Origin: an uncultured Nitrososphaerota archaeon
Lineage (GTDB): Archaea > Thermoproteota > Nitrososphaeria > Nitrososphaerales > Gagatemarchaeaceae
Direction of reading: 5' to 3'
Length of the DNA stretch: 64,000 nt
NCBI GenBank assembly: GCA_963718895.1
Contig: CAVRAG010000004.1
Span: 325,456-389,455 of the forward strand
Shown here: one piece after another, positions 1-10,758 of the stretch
Numbering within the stretch: the first letter of the stretch is position 1
Layout of the letters: every line of letters starts with the position of its first letter
Position numbers and translations under genes: made by a program
Notes under the pieces: generated by a model
Told to the model about the DNA's origin: nothing
The model's input: only the letters and a program-made list of their open reading frames with translations
Databases searched by the model: none

Positions 1-190
1 TGAACCGCGTGGCGTCTACGCCGCCGACCACGACCCGTCCCATGTGCGAGACGTCGAAGATCCCGGAGTGGTTTCTTACCGCAAGGTGCTCTTCGGTAAT
101 GCTGGAGTACCAGATCGGCATGTCGTAGCCCGCAAATTCGACCACTCTTCCGTTTGCCGCATGGAAGTCATAAAGTGGGGTTCGCTTCAA
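1..190 (-). CDS. gcvT: Glycine cleavage system T protein (aminomethyltransferase), N-terminal part; runs off the window
   Basis: Manual translation from TTG at 190: [52 protein letters not shown], the classic GcvT N-terminus. Not in the ORF track. Confidence 0.93.
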   Translation of the reverse strand, partial: MKRTPLYDFHAANGRVVEFAGYDMPIWYSSITEEHLAVRNHSGIFDVSHMGRVVVGGVDATRF

Positions 191-241
191 CTCTTCACGC
201 CCCCTCACTTCTTTATTTAAGCGGAATATGGAAGCGCGGTC

Positions 242-1027
242 GTGATAACGCTCTCACCGCTCAAGACCGAGAGGAGGAGCGGCGCCTTCAATCTTCTCGA
301 CCTTCTCGACGGACTCGTTGGCAGGAAGCTGCAGACAGGCGACGTCCTGGTCGCGTCCAGCAAGTTCATCGCGATCTCTGAGGGCAGGGTCCTATCCCTG
401 AACACGGTCGTGCCCACCGGCTATGCGAAGGAACTCTCGTCGAGATTCAACATGTCGCCGCAGCTCTGTGAACTGATAATCAGGGAATCTGATGAAGTGC
501 TTGGAGGAGTCATCGGGTTCATACTCGCTTCCAAGGACGGACTTTTGTCTCCCAATGCGGGGATCGACAAGTCGAATATCGAACCGGGCAAAGTCGTGCT
601 CTATCCCAGGAACGCGCTGGAGTCAGCCTCCGCCATCGTCGACGCGATGGAGTTCCGGCACGGCGTGCGCATCGGCGTGGTCGTCTCCGATAGCCGGCTG
701 ATGCCCACCCGCCGCGGCACGACGGGCGTCGCACTAGCGGCCGCCGGTCTGGAGGCGGTCGTCGACCTTCGAGGCAAGGAAGACCTGTTCGGGAACATCC
801 TGAGGGTTACAAGCCAGGCCATAGCCGATGACCTCTGCTCGGCGGCTCAGCTGGTCATGGGAGAATCTGACGAGGCCACACCGTTCGTCCTGGTCAGGGG
901 CGTGAATGATAGTCTGATTGGGAAGGCGAAGTACTCTGCCTCGAGTTTCTCCGTAAGAGCAGATCAATGCGTGTACATGAGGAGCCTCGGGTACTCGGCT
1001 AGGCGAACTTTCCCTCGAGCTTCATGA
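242..1027 (+). CDS. cofE: Coenzyme F420-0:L-glutamate ligase
   Basis: [56 protein letters not shown] motifs. Confidence 0.9.
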   Translation: MITLSPLKTERRSGAFNLLDLLDGLVGRKLQTGDVLVASSKFIAISEGRVLSLNTVVPTGYAKELSSRFNMSPQLCELIIRESDEVLGGVIGFILASKDGLLSPNAGIDKSNIEPGKVVLYPRNALESASAIVDAMEFRHGVRIGVVVSDSRLMPTRRGTTGVALAAAGLEAVVDLRGKEDLFGNILRVTSQAIADDLCSAAQLVMGESDEATPFVLVRGVNDSLIGKAKYSASSFSVRADQCVYMRSLGYSARRTFPRAS

Positions 1028-1193
1028 CGTCGACCTTGAAGTTGCTCGGGCTCAGTTTCGCGCCGCACTTCTTGCAGGAGTAGCCCATCGGCTTGAGAAT
1101 ATCGTTTGGTGAACGGAGGTCGAAACCGGAGTATATCGTATGGCCGCATTTTGAGCAGATGAGTTCGTACGTCACGGACGCGGCCAATCTCAC
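999..1193 (-). CDS. Small zinc-ribbon protein
   Basis: CSKCG...CKKCG in 64 aa; TATA-like TTTTAA upstream. Confidence 0.7.
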   Translation of the reverse strand: MRLAASVTYELICSKCGHTIYSGFDLRSPNDILKPMGYSCKKCGAKLSPSNFKVDVMKLEGKFA

Positions 1194-1252
1194 CCTAATC
1201 TTAAAAGCATTACAAGAACCGTGACGCTTCAGCGACTGCGGATTGAAGCTCC

Positions 1253-3358
1253 ATGGACAAACTGCCCCCTGACTACTGCCTCGTCATCTGCGAGAAGCCC
1301 GACGCCGCTAGGAGGGTAGCTGATGCACTGGCGAGTGATGGGGTGGAGTCGATGCTGGTCAACGGGGTCCAGGTCTTGAGCTTGGAAAACGGGGGTCGCA
1401 GCTACGTCGTCTGCTCCGCGATGGGCCATCTGTACGCAATCTCGGACTCGTTCCGCCGGAGGGAGACCTATCCCGTCTTTGACCTCGAGTGGTACCCTGC
1501 CCACCTGATAGACAAGGAGGCGGGGCACATCGAAAAGCGCATCATCTCGATAGGGAAACTGGCGGTTGGGGCTGGGTCATTTGTCAATGCGTGTGACTAC
1601 GACGTGGAGGGAGAGACGATTGGCCACAACATCCTGAGGTATGCCTGTGGCGGCAGAGAGGACACGGCGCTCCGAGCCAAGTTCTCCACCCTGACGAAGG
1701 AAGAGCTGGTCGCGGCCTTCGGAGAGGCGGAGGTCGGTCTCGGCAAGGGGCTGGCGAAGGCCGGCAGGGCCAGGCACTTTCTGGACTTCGTCTGGGGAAT
1801 CAATCTGTCCCGCGCCCTCTCAGGGGCACTCTCGACCTCATATTCAGGGTACAGGACGGTCAGCATTGGACGTGTCCAAGGTCCGACGCTTGGGTTTGTG
1901 GTGGAGAGGGAGATCGAGATTCGAAGCTTCGTGCCAACACCCTACTGGACAGTCACAGGGCTCTTCGACAAGGACGGGTTCAGTTTCGAGGCGCCGAGCG
2001 CCGAGTCCAGCTTCGCGAAGAGGGCTGATGCCGAACAGGTGAGAGACGGATGCCGGGGGAAGGCCGCTCGCGTCTCCGAACTCACACGGAGTGTCTTCAA
2101 GCAGCCCCCTCCTCCGCCCTTCAACATAGGAGATTTGCAGAAGGAGGCGTACAGGAGCTTCGGTTACACGCCGAGCAGGACTCTGCAGATCGCCGAAAGG
2201 CTGTATCTCGACGCGCTGATATCATACCCCAGGACGAGCAGCCAGAAGCTCCCCCCCTCAATCAGGTATCGTGAGATTCTATCGAACCTTGGCAAGATGA
2301 GTGAGTACGCCGTGCCGGTCGAGGAGCTGCTCAAGGAAGAGCTACGGCCGAGAGAGGGCGACAGGTTCGATTCCGCGCACCCAGCCATATACCCCACGGG
2401 TGAGATCCCGAGGCGCCCGCTGAGTACCTGGGAGGGCAGGTTGTTCGACCTGATAGTCCGACGCTTCCTCGTCAGCTTCGCAAGAGACGCCATCCGTGAG
2501 AGGGTAGGTGCGGAAATCAGAGTGGGGGAGCACCTGTTCCGGATGACCGGGAGGAGGACCCTCAAAGCGGGCTGGATGCGCTATTATGCAAGGTACACCG
2601 GAATCGAGGACCGGGCCATCCCGTCGCTGAAGAAGGATGACGTGCTTTCCTTGGTCGGGGTCGATTGTGCGGAGAAGCTTGAGGCTGCTCCCCCAAGATA
2701 CAATCAGAGCAGTCTGCTCGAGAAGATGGAAAGGGAGGGCATCGGCACGAAGGCGACCCGCGCCGAGACCATCTCGACCTTGATAAGCAGGGGCTACGTG
2801 TCGGGGGACAGCCTCATCGCCACCGAGCTGGGAATCTCGGTGGTTGAAACGATGCAGGAATACTGCCCTCAGATAATCTCTACAGAACTGACGCGTGAGA
2901 CAGAGGCAGCGCTAGAAGCGGTGGAGCGCGGCGAAGACGACGGGACGGCGCTCATAGAACGGGCAATCGATCTTCTCTCCGGGCAGATCGAGAGGCTGAA
3001 GCTGAACGAGCTGGAGATTGGTCGCAGGATCAACGATTCTGCCGTCCAGACCAGCATCTCCCAGAGCGTCCTGGGCGCTTGCCCCGTCTGCAAGACCGGG
3101 AAGCTCAGGCTCATCCGGTCCTTCAAGACCAAGAAGAGATTCGTCGGCTGTACGAACTACCCGGCCGGGTGCAGGGCCTCGGCGCCGCTCCCACAGAGAG
3201 GCACGATAAAGGCCACGAGCAGGCCCTGCAAGGTCTGTGGGTGGCCCGTGGTCTACGTCAGGGCGGGAAGGTATCCCTGGAGGCTGTGCGTCAACATCAA
3301 CTGCCCAAGCAAGGAGGAGAAGAAACATGCAGTGCAAACTTTGCAGAAGAGAAGCTAG
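1253..3358 (+). CDS. topA: DNA topoisomerase I (type IA) with C-terminal Zn fingers
   Basis: TOPRIM ICEKP and ACDYDVEGE, SIGRVQGPTL, catalytic ISYPRT, GIGTKATRA, C4 fingers. Confidence 0.96.
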   Translation: MDKLPPDYCLVICEKPDAARRVADALASDGVESMLVNGVQVLSLENGGRSYVVCSAMGHLYAISDSFRRRETYPVFDLEWYPAHLIDKEAGHIEKRIISIGKLAVGAGSFVNACDYDVEGETIGHNILRYACGGREDTALRAKFSTLTKEELVAAFGEAEVGLGKGLAKAGRARHFLDFVWGINLSRALSGALSTSYSGYRTVSIGRVQGPTLGFVVEREIEIRSFVPTPYWTVTGLFDKDGFSFEAPSAESSFAKRADAEQVRDGCRGKAARVSELTRSVFKQPPPPPFNIGDLQKEAYRSFGYTPSRTLQIAERLYLDALISYPRTSSQKLPPSIRYREILSNLGKMSEYAVPVEELLKEELRPREGDRFDSAHPAIYPTGEIPRRPLSTWEGRLFDLIVRRFLVSFARDAIRERVGAEIRVGEHLFRMTGRRTLKAGWMRYYARYTGIEDRAIPSLKKDDVLSLVGVDCAEKLEAAPPRYNQSSLLEKMEREGIGTKATRAETISTLISRGYVSGDSLIATELGISVVETMQEYCPQIISTELTRETEAALEAVERGEDDGTALIERAIDLLSGQIERLKLNELEIGRRINDSAVQTSISQSVLGACPVCKTGKLRLIRSFKTKKRFVGCTNYPAGCRASAPLPQRGTIKATSRPCKVCGWPVVYVRAGRYPWRLCVNINCPSKEEKKHAVQTLQKRS

Positions 3359-3545
3359 GGCGGGGGGTGAGCTCTGTCGCTACCATTCGGAGGCGAGAGA
3401 TGCACTTAAAAGGGCTTACGAGGCCTGGGAGCAAGCCTATTCTGGCGTGGCGTGGCGAGATTACTTGAATAGAGTTAAAGCCCTTGACGAGACGGGTCAG
3501 TGGATAAAAGACGTGATTACTTTGGAGGAGGCGAGCGGTCTTTGA
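3327..3545 (+). CDS. Small conserved hypothetical protein (CxxC...CxxH)
   Basis: MQCKLCRREARAGGELCRYH; overlaps the topA 3' end, operon-like. Confidence 0.65.
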   Translation: MQCKLCRREARAGGELCRYHSEARDALKRAYEAWEQAYSGVAWRDYLNRVKALDETGQWIKDVITLEEASGL

Positions 3546-3937
3546 TAAGAACGTGGGTTGAGTCTCGCTTAGGCGGAGTCTGGCAGAGGCTTGGCAAAGC
3601 CGCCGACAAGAGCGGACTTGTCTCCGAGCTGAAGGACAGATGGATGGAGATACTCTACATCCTAGGAATCGTCCTCATGACGGCTGGGATAGTCAACGCG
3701 GCCATACAGCCCGTGAACTTCGGATACGTGATATTCCCGTCGACGGGTGCGCAGTCAGCCACTGAGACCGGGGTCGACGCGCTGGCGCTCATCATAGGGG
3801 CGGCTGGAATCTACATGTCATACCTCAGTGGAAGGCAGACGACGAAGCCGAGGATGGTCAACTTCTTCCTTGCGATCGGCCTGCTCCTGATCGCCATCGC
3901 CGTCTACATCGGAATCTACGTGCTCGGCTCCAAGTAG
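3500..3937 (+). CDS. Membrane protein, possibly OST3/OST6-like C-terminal TM module
   Basis: Three hydrophobic segments; QSATET resembles the OST3/6 Q-x-x-x-E motif; real start may be TTG near 3542. Confidence 0.5.
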   Translation: MDKRRDYFGGGERSLIRTWVESRLGGVWQRLGKAADKSGLVSELKDRWMEILYILGIVLMTAGIVNAAIQPVNFGYVIFPSTGAQSATETGVDALALIIGAAGIYMSYLSGRQTTKPRMVNFFLAIGLLLIAIAVYIGIYVLGSK

Positions 3938-4542
3938 AGCGGAGTACTGAACCTGCCGTTCGGCCAGCTCTGGACCCCGTCGCATCTGAACGTGAGACGG
4001 TCCACGTGGACTTCGGTCAAGACCTGCAGATCTGCCGCGGCCGAGAGCGACCTCTTCGTCGTCCTGTCGGCCGCCGAGTCCCCCTCTGTCTTGTAGACTG
4101 TTCCGAAGACGAACAGGTCGTTGATCCGAGCCTCGTAGGAGAGCAGCCGGATGAAGGCGAAGAGACGCTGGGTCCCGGACCGGCGCTTGTCTGAGGAGAG
4201 GAGATAATACAAAGCGTTTAGGTCGTCGATGAGGACTGCGCCCGTCTTCATGGCGAGGACCTCGGTTATCGAATCTTCGAGCCGTTGGCCATCTTGCGGT
4301 GTAATCAGCGTCGATTGCTGCAGGAAACCCCTTGGCAGCGACTGCGTAAGGGCGCCCATGTTGGCTCCATAGAACGAGCTCGTGTCGAATATGACGGCGT
4401 GCGTCCTCGATGCCGCCAGGCACCCCAGAAGGAGGTGAGCGACCCTGGAGTTCGTTCTCCTGTTCGGTGTGATGAATACCGACGCCCTCCCCCTGAGCGG
4501 CGCGAGGAATGCAAATGCCTGTCTTGGTGTAGGAACGCTCAT
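3916..4542 (-). CDS. Degenerate RecA/RadB-like fold protein
   Basis: hhhhD-like VIFDT and Walker-B-like AVLIDD, SLSAAADLQV; no intact Walker A. Confidence 0.5.
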   Translation of the reverse strand: MSVPTPRQAFAFLAPLRGRASVFITPNRRTNSRVAHLLLGCLAASRTHAVIFDTSSFYGANMGALTQSLPRGFLQQSTLITPQDGQRLEDSITEVLAMKTGAVLIDDLNALYYLLSSDKRRSGTQRLFAFIRLLSYEARINDLFVFGTVYKTEGDSAADRTTKRSLSAAADLQVLTEVHVDRLTFRCDGVQSWPNGRFSTPLYLEPST

Positions 4543-4568
4543 TAAGTGCTACCGTCCCAAGAACAGAT

Positions 4569-5183
4569 ATGAAGGTTGTTGGCGTCGCAACCTCCGATAG
4601 CAGGGCTTACTATTCGATTCTATCCAGGCTCAAGGAGACCAACCTGCGGTTCGTGAGTCTGACGCCCTCCCAGGTGGTGAACGAGGTCCCCGAGCCGATC
4701 ATAACCACCAAAAGCGAACTCGGATTGTTCAGCGTCGTCTCCATCCCGATAGAGGACCTCGACGAGAATCCACTTGTAATGGAGGGGCAGATCATCTCGA
4801 AGACGCTCAGCGAGAGCAAGCGAGCTATCTTGATAGGGGTGGACCCAGGCTTGAGGATAGGGGTCGTGGTCTTCTATGGAGGTTCCGGGCTGGGGTCGTT
4901 CACTGTCAACTCGATAGACTCGCTCCAGTCCAAGATAGTCAGCCTCGTGCACAACATACCGAATTCCGACGTTGTAATCAAGGTCGGGGATGGGGCTCCG
5001 AAGCTCTCGAGGAGGATTGTCAGAGCGATAGTAGAGCAGCTTCCGCAGGCGAAGGTCGAGGTCGTGGATGAGAGGGGCACGACCATCAACAAGCCAAAGT
5101 CAAGAGGGTTGACGAAGGATCAGCGCGCTGCGGAGAGGATAGCCTTTCGCAAGGGCACCAGCTTCAGGCAGAAATCCAACTAA
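4569..5183 (+). CDS. RNase H-like (YqgF/RuvX-type) domain protein
   Basis: LIGVDPG, IKVGDG, VVDERGTT, DQRAAERIA motifs. Confidence 0.7.
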   Translation: MKVVGVATSDSRAYYSILSRLKETNLRFVSLTPSQVVNEVPEPIITTKSELGLFSVVSIPIEDLDENPLVMEGQIISKTLSESKRAILIGVDPGLRIGVVVFYGGSGLGSFTVNSIDSLQSKIVSLVHNIPNSDVVIKVGDGAPKLSRRIVRAIVEQLPQAKVEVVDERGTTINKPKSRGLTKDQRAAERIAFRKGTSFRQKSN

Positions 5184-7042
5184 ATCGCAAAATCCCTCAC
5201 TATCTGCTCGATTTCTTGGTATTTGAAGTCGCCTTCGTGCAAATCCTGCTTTAGCCATGCCGGGAGCATCTCAATTACCTCCTGGTCATCGAACCTCGAG
5301 TCGAGCAAGAACACCATGCCCCGTTTGTCCGGACTCCGCATGTGCCGGCCAGCCGACTGTATTGCTTTTCTCACCGCAGGCAGCAGAGATATCACTAGAT
5401 AGGCATCGTGCTTGCTGAAACCTGACCGGGTGTACTCCGCGTACATGGTCGGGGATGGAGGAGGGAGGGAGAGGCCCACCACTACGGAAGCGTCCATCTG
5501 TTCCCCAGGGAAGTCCTCGCCCTCCGAAAACCGGGCACCCTGGACGGCGAGCAGGATGGAGCCAGGTCTAGACTTGAAGGACTGCATTATCTCGTCCGCC
5601 TCCACGTTTCCCAGGTTGCGGGCCTCGGTCAGCAGGTTCCGGCCTCTCCCTGCATCAAGGAGCAGGGGTCGGAGAGACTCCAGCACGCCGTATGAGGGCA
5701 CGAATATGCCTATCCCGCCGTGGACAGCGGCGCATATCGCCGAGATCTTCTGGGTCATCTTACTGAACATCTCTGCCGTCCGCTGTTTGAAGCGCGTGCT
5801 GACTCCCACGTCGATGACCGTCCTGACCCTGAAGGTCTTGCTCGGATTGACCTTGTGAATCCGGGTGCGCCCGTCCAACCCGATTGATTTCAGGAACAGG
5901 TCGCTTGGATTTATCGTCGCGGAGAGCAGCACCAAGCTCTTGTAGTCCTGTACAAAGCTTGTGAATCGGCCGGGCGTGTCGGTATCCACCAGGAACAGGG
6001 CTCTGTCTGATTTCGCAAGGATCGTCTTGTCAGAGCCGGGCGAAGAGAGGAGCTCTCTCAGGAAATCGCCGACCTTGGTGATCGAAGTCGGCAGGTTTCT
6101 TCCGGTCGCGATCGACTGCCAGGCCACGCCGGAACAGGTCGAGAGCTCGAATGCGATGTTGGATAGCCAGGTCGCATCGTGCGATTGGGAGACCCTCTCT
6201 ATCAGCCGACGCTTGTCCACATACCAGGATGCGTTCTTGGCACAGAAATCTATGAGCGATTCCAGAATCTCCGCGAGCGACGACTCGATTTGCCCCAGGT
6301 ACAGCTCGCGCGCATCCTTCAGCGCCTTTTCGAGGTCGGCAAAGGAGAGTTCGGTCGTGGACGAGTCTCTGATGAAGTCTCTCAGGTTGTGCGCCTCATC
6401 TATGACGACTATGGTCTGTGAAGGGGTCCACCTGGCGCTGTTGAGCAGGAGTGACCTTGACGCGTCATCGAAGAGATAGTGGTAGGTCGTGACCAAGACC
6501 CGTGAATCGGCTATGGCCAGACGAGCCACCTCATACGGACATACGTGCGAGGTCCTGCACATCCCAAGGAATCTTGAATGGCTCTGTACCGACGAGCTGA
6601 ACTCTCTCACCAGTGATTCTACCTCCTTGCTCAGCAGACTGATGTTCAAGAAGTAGGAGCAGAGGTTGTTTGTGACGTTGAAGCTGCAGTACCACTTGAA
6701 GGACTCTTGGCTTACGGGAAAACGCGATGTCTCCTTGAGCAGACAGTAGTCGTTCTTGGCGAAGAGGTACGTCGTGCGCACCGGAGTCTTCCTCTGTATT
6801 CGTTCTATCTCCTCCATCACCCGGAAGACCTGCCTCTTGGTCCTACAGGCGTAGATTATGCGATTGTCGTCCTCTTCTGCCGCGAGGATCGAACCTGTAA
6901 GGACCGGTGCAGTCTTTCCGAAGCCGCTCATCGCCTCGACGACGAGTCGGTTTCTGGTCTTGCAAGTCTCGTAAACAGAACCGGCCAGGTCTGACTGCCC
7001 TTCCCTGAAGGAAGAGTACGGGAATAGCTCTTTGAGGTTCAC
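5180..7042 (-). CDS. XPD/Rad3/DinG-family ATP-dependent DNA helicase (Fe-S)
   Basis: Q motif REGQ, SGFGKT, Cys ligands, DEAH, LSAT, SEGEDF, QSAGRHMR. Confidence 0.92.
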   Translation of the reverse strand: MNLKELFPYSSFREGQSDLAGSVYETCKTRNRLVVEAMSGFGKTAPVLTGSILAAEEDDNRIIYACRTKRQVFRVMEEIERIQRKTPVRTTYLFAKNDYCLLKETSRFPVSQESFKWYCSFNVTNNLCSYFLNISLLSKEVESLVREFSSSVQSHSRFLGMCRTSHVCPYEVARLAIADSRVLVTTYHYLFDDASRSLLLNSARWTPSQTIVVIDEAHNLRDFIRDSSTTELSFADLEKALKDARELYLGQIESSLAEILESLIDFCAKNASWYVDKRRLIERVSQSHDATWLSNIAFELSTCSGVAWQSIATGRNLPTSITKVGDFLRELLSSPGSDKTILAKSDRALFLVDTDTPGRFTSFVQDYKSLVLLSATINPSDLFLKSIGLDGRTRIHKVNPSKTFRVRTVIDVGVSTRFKQRTAEMFSKMTQKISAICAAVHGGIGIFVPSYGVLESLRPLLLDAGRGRNLLTEARNLGNVEADEIMQSFKSRPGSILLAVQGARFSEGEDFPGEQMDASVVVGLSLPPPSPTMYAEYTRSGFSKHDAYLVISLLPAVRKAIQSAGRHMRSPDKRGMVFLLDSRFDDQEVIEMLPAWLKQDLHEGDFKYQEIEQIVRDFAI

Positions 7043-7076
7043 GAGCCCGTAGTCCGCTGCACTATTTTAGGACAAC

Positions 7077-8369
7077 CTAGAGCGAGATACGCGACGTGAA
7101 ATCCTCCCTTCCAAATATGGTCTGTACGGCACGGCCCACCTTGTTTCTCTGCTCCGGAAGAGAGTAGACGCGCAGCACGTCGGTGAAGCCTGTGATCGAG
7201 CCGACGAGAGGGAGTTCCGTGATTGATATCCTCTCGCTGCGCCTTCCGCTGAAATCGTCGGAGACCAGGGTAATCGAGTTCAGGGCCTCTCTCGTGTAGG
7301 TGTGCGGGACGGAGGGGGTCGTTGGCACGTCGATGTAGACGTTCGTCGCCTCGACACCTGCCTGTTTCGCTATCTCGCCGATGAGCTCATCCCTGACTCT
7401 CTTCTGACTGAAGATCTTCTCAACGACGCGATCCTTGCGCTGCATCACCTTTTCGAAGACGCATTTGACGAGCCTCCTGTTGTTGTAGTTCTCGGCCAGT
7501 TCTCTTGCGAGCCTGAGCTTCTTGTTCTTGGGTCGGAGAGAGATTAGGCGGTGAACGACGACCTCGTCGGTAAGCTCCAGGTATCTCCCTATCTTTGATA
7601 GGTTCGTCAGTCCGAGCTCTTCGTCAGCTAGGGCCATAGAATGGGCGAGCATCAGTTCTGCCGCCCTGACGGTCCTGTGAAAGTACACGGCCTTGAACAT
7701 CTCGTACCTGGCAATCAGGAGAGCCTCGAAGGCGTACAGCGCAGCCTGGTCGAGAACCAGGTGGCCCTCCATCACCTCGAGCGAGTCGATCACACGGTGG
7801 ATGTCCACCTTGCCGTATTCGACGCCGGTGAAATAGGAGTCTCTGAGCAGGTAGTCCATGATATCGGCGCTCAGACCGCCTGCAATCACCTCGTTCATGA
7901 AGGGCCGAGTCTTCTGCTTGCCTATGCAGAGCTGAGACATGGCTCTTGGCGAGATGCTGTATCTCTCGAGGATCTCTTTTATGTCCGACTCCATGACTAT
8001 CCGTTGCGACATTTCTTCGTGGCTGAGACCTGTCTTCTCGGTAAGGACCTCCTCAAAGAGGTGCGAGAACGGCCCGTGACCCACGTCGTGCAGCAGGGCG
8101 GCCAGTCTCAGTTCCTGTATCTGTTCCTCGTCGATGTCGACCTTGTCGGCGATTGACTCGGCTATGAGCCCGGCCACGTGCATCGTGCCTAGCACGTGCT
8201 CAAACCTGCTGTGGACGCCTCCCGGATAGACCATGTAGGCGCCCGCCAGCTGATGTATCCTCCTTAGTCTCTGCACGAAGGGCGAGTCTATTATGGCGCG
8301 CTCTTCCTCTGTGATCTTGATGTAACCGTGTACCGGGTCTCTGATCTCCGCCACGTATCGAAGCGTCAT
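7077..8369 (-). CDS. HD-superfamily phosphohydrolase (SAMHD1/dNTPase-like)
   Basis: IRDPVHG, QRLRRIHQL, HSRFEHVLG, LLHDVGHGPFSH, DIMDYLLRDS; start moved to ATG 8369 overlapping the tmk stop. Confidence 0.92.
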   Translation of the reverse strand: MTLRYVAEIRDPVHGYIKITEEERAIIDSPFVQRLRRIHQLAGAYMVYPGGVHSRFEHVLGTMHVAGLIAESIADKVDIDEEQIQELRLAALLHDVGHGPFSHLFEEVLTEKTGLSHEEMSQRIVMESDIKEILERYSISPRAMSQLCIGKQKTRPFMNEVIAGGLSADIMDYLLRDSYFTGVEYGKVDIHRVIDSLEVMEGHLVLDQAALYAFEALLIARYEMFKAVYFHRTVRAAELMLAHSMALADEELGLTNLSKIGRYLELTDEVVVHRLISLRPKNKKLRLARELAENYNNRRLVKCVFEKVMQRKDRVVEKIFSQKRVRDELIGEIAKQAGVEATNVYIDVPTTPSVPHTYTREALNSITLVSDDFSGRRSERISITELPLVGSITGFTDVLRVYSLPEQRNKVGRAVQTIFGREDFTSRISL

Positions 8370-9004
8370 AGTCTGGACCTCAGCCGGGCATCGAGGTTGC
8401 CTTTCACGACTTGGACGATTGAGTTGTGCACACCCCTGACGCTCCCTGACCCGTCGACGGTCATCCAACCGAACTTCGGCGCCAGCTCTTTGTAAAGCGA
8501 TTGGACGCTGACCTGCAGTGCGTGGTCCTTTTCGTATGAGTCCTTTGTCCCCGGCCGCCTCGATGCCATGGCCTTGGAGGGTGCGTCGAGCACGATGACC
8601 AGGTCGGACTTCGGAATCCCCTCCTCCAGCGCGGCCAGCCATTCGAGGCGAAGCCCGTGCGCGGCACCATAGACCAAGTTTGACTCTGTGTACCTGTTTA
8701 CGATTACTATCTCGTTCGCGATCTGCGATTCTCTTATCACAGGCACTTTCTCCCACCTGTTTGCTGCGAACAGCATGTGCCTCACCTCGGCTTGGAAATC
8801 GCGTTTGCCTGCCAGGAAGGCCTTGATCTCTCTCCCGATCGGGGTTTCATAGTCTGGGAATGAAAGCGACGTCACCTTGATCCCGTTCCTCCTGAGCCAG
8901 TTCTGCAGTCGAAGGCTCTGCGTGCGCTTTCCTACCGCGTCAATGCCCTCTATGGCGATTATTCGCCCTCTACGGCTCAACGAGCGCGACTTGGATGTCT
9001 TCAA
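8366..9004 (-). CDS. tmk: Thymidylate kinase
   Basis: IEGIDAVGKRTQ P-loop, LFAANRWE, NRYTESNLVYG. Confidence 0.93.
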   Translation of the reverse strand: MKTSKSRSLSRRGRIIAIEGIDAVGKRTQSLRLQNWLRRNGIKVTSLSFPDYETPIGREIKAFLAGKRDFQAEVRHMLFAANRWEKVPVIRESQIANEIVIVNRYTESNLVYGAAHGLRLEWLAALEEGIPKSDLVIVLDAPSKAMASRRPGTKDSYEKDHALQVSVQSLYKELAPKFGWMTVDGSGSVRGVHNSIVQVVKGNLDARLRSRL

Positions 9005-10752
9005 TAAAAGAGTGTTATGGCAGTAAGCAGAAGGATTGCCGGCACCACCACCTTCACGTAGGCTTTGGCGAGGGATATCGCGTCCTTCGTCAGCCCCGCG
9101 AAATCGTCGAGTGATTCAGTGCCTATCAAGGGAGTTTCCATCTCGAATCGCGCAACTGTAAGCTCGCAGGGAGCCACCCTGCTCTCCGCGACGGCGACAA
9201 GTTTCTTGACCGCGTCTACTACAGTGTCCGCTCCGCTGCCCTCGCCCAGAGCGAAGTATCCTCGGTCGGTCCGGTTCCTCGCTGCGAAGTTGTGGGTGTC
9301 TGAGGTGCAAAGTTCGATCAACCCCGTGCCGGTCTTTCCTAACTCCTCTGTGATTCGTTCCCTCAAGCCTGAAACAGCGTTGTTGGAATCTGCGCTCACG
9401 AGCGCGTTCTTGGTGCCATCGGTAGCGAAGAGTGTGACGCATATCCCGCCTTCGCTGACATCGGGACCGAGTTTCAGCCCCGTCTCTGTTGAATCTGCGA
9501 ACCCCATGCTGAATGTTCTCTCTGGGAGCGCCAGGACTCTTGCGAATATGGACTCCCACTGATTTCGAGAAATCTGAGATTGTGGTCGGCTTTCGCCGTC
9601 TACCGAGTTGTGAGCATCCACCATCGAGAGCTTGAGGCCGAGCTTCGCCGCGGCGTCTGATGCGTCCGTCACGGTCATTGGATCGAGATCGTCAGAGAGG
9701 AAGGGTGAGTTTGAGATTATCGAGAGGATGCTGCTCCCAAAAGCCAGCGTGGTTATGTTGGTGATACCAACCTTTTCATGCACCGGGCCTCTCATCAGGG
9801 CCCTCCCCGAGACGCGCAGTGAACCGACGAATCGTGCAATCTCTGAGGCATACGCCGCAGCGAGATTGTTCGTCGGTGTGTTCCTCTCATGCCCACCGGT
9901 CCCATGGAGTACGACCGGAGCAACCCCATCGGCTTGGAGAGCTCGGTGGATCAGTTCGGAGAGATTGTAACTTCCGACCGGGAAGAACGGGCCGGGATGA
10001 ACGCCCGGGAGGACCAAGGCGACCTTCTTCCCCTTGCTTTCAGCCAGCACGACGTCTGTGACCACCGATTCGCTCTCCGCATAGTTCGAGAAGTATCCTT
10101 CAAGGTCGTCGGGTTCATGAGCGACCCAGGTCTTCAGGAATGATTGGAGGACCTGCAGTGCCGGTATTCCGTGTTTTGTCTTCAGGTTCTCAAGCCTGAG
10201 CAGAAAGAGCACCATCAGGATCAGGGCTGCCGCCCCGGTGACGGCGGGATACACGTACAGGTATCCCCCGGCAGATAGAGCGATTATCAGTATAGAGAGC
10301 GGGTGAACTGCGGCGAGGACGAGTGCAATCAGGGTGTTCCTGACGAACGCCCCGTTGATGACGACGGATTCGAACCCCCAGACAAGAAACGCGCCGAAGA
10401 TGAACTCGTTCATGCCTGCGTGCAGCCCAGTGAACGACGAGACCGCCACCCCCAGCGTCAATGGAACAATCCAAACCAGCGTCGATACGAAGAGCAGGCC
10501 GAAGAGCCGTCTGGCCGATGCGATCGACTTGTGGTCGATGATTCGAACCAGACCCGTCAGAAGAAATCCCGCGGCAGGCGTCGCGATGATGCACGCGATG
10601 ATTACCTCAAGGGAGAGTTGCCTGGCGAGCGACGCTAGTCCCACGAGCGCGCTGCTCGATACTACCAGGAGTACGAATGAGACTGCGAAGGAGGGCAGGA
10701 CGAAGAGATGTCTGTATCTCTTTGCTAGCTGCGCCGTTGATGACCCGTACAG
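9001..10752 (-). CDS. DUF2070-family membrane protein
   Basis: HPGPF, HGTGGHE, DAHNS, DSNN, TSDTH motifs; frame stays open upstream of the called start to a CTG at 10752 just after the Sec61-beta stop. Confidence 0.82.
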   Translation of the reverse strand: MYGSSTAQLAKRYRHLFVLPSFAVSFVLLVVSSSALVGLASLARQLSLEVIIACIIATPAAGFLLTGLVRIIDHKSIASARRLFGLLFVSTLVWIVPLTLGVAVSSFTGLHAGMNEFIFGAFLVWGFESVVINGAFVRNTLIALVLAAVHPLSILIIALSAGGYLYVYPAVTGAAALILMVLFLLRLENLKTKHGIPALQVLQSFLKTWVAHEPDDLEGYFSNYAESESVVTDVVLAESKGKKVALVLPGVHPGPFFPVGSYNLSELIHRALQADGVAPVVLHGTGGHERNTPTNNLAAAYASEIARFVGSLRVSGRALMRGPVHEKVGITNITTLAFGSSILSIISNSPFLSDDLDPMTVTDASDAAAKLGLKLSMVDAHNSVDGESRPQSQISRNQWESIFARVLALPERTFSMGFADSTETGLKLGPDVSEGGICVTLFATDGTKNALVSADSNNAVSGLRERITEELGKTGTGLIELCTSDTHNFAARNRTDRGYFALGEGSGADTVVDAVKKLVAVAESRVAPCELTVARFEMETPLIGTESLDDFAGLTKDAISLAKAYVKVVVPAILLLTAITLFY

Positions 10753-10758
10753 TTGGAC

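Noticed and set aside
8370-8756. N-terminal extension of the HD protein in the ORF track
   Set aside because: Overlaps tmk in another frame; family similarity starts at MTLRY (8369).
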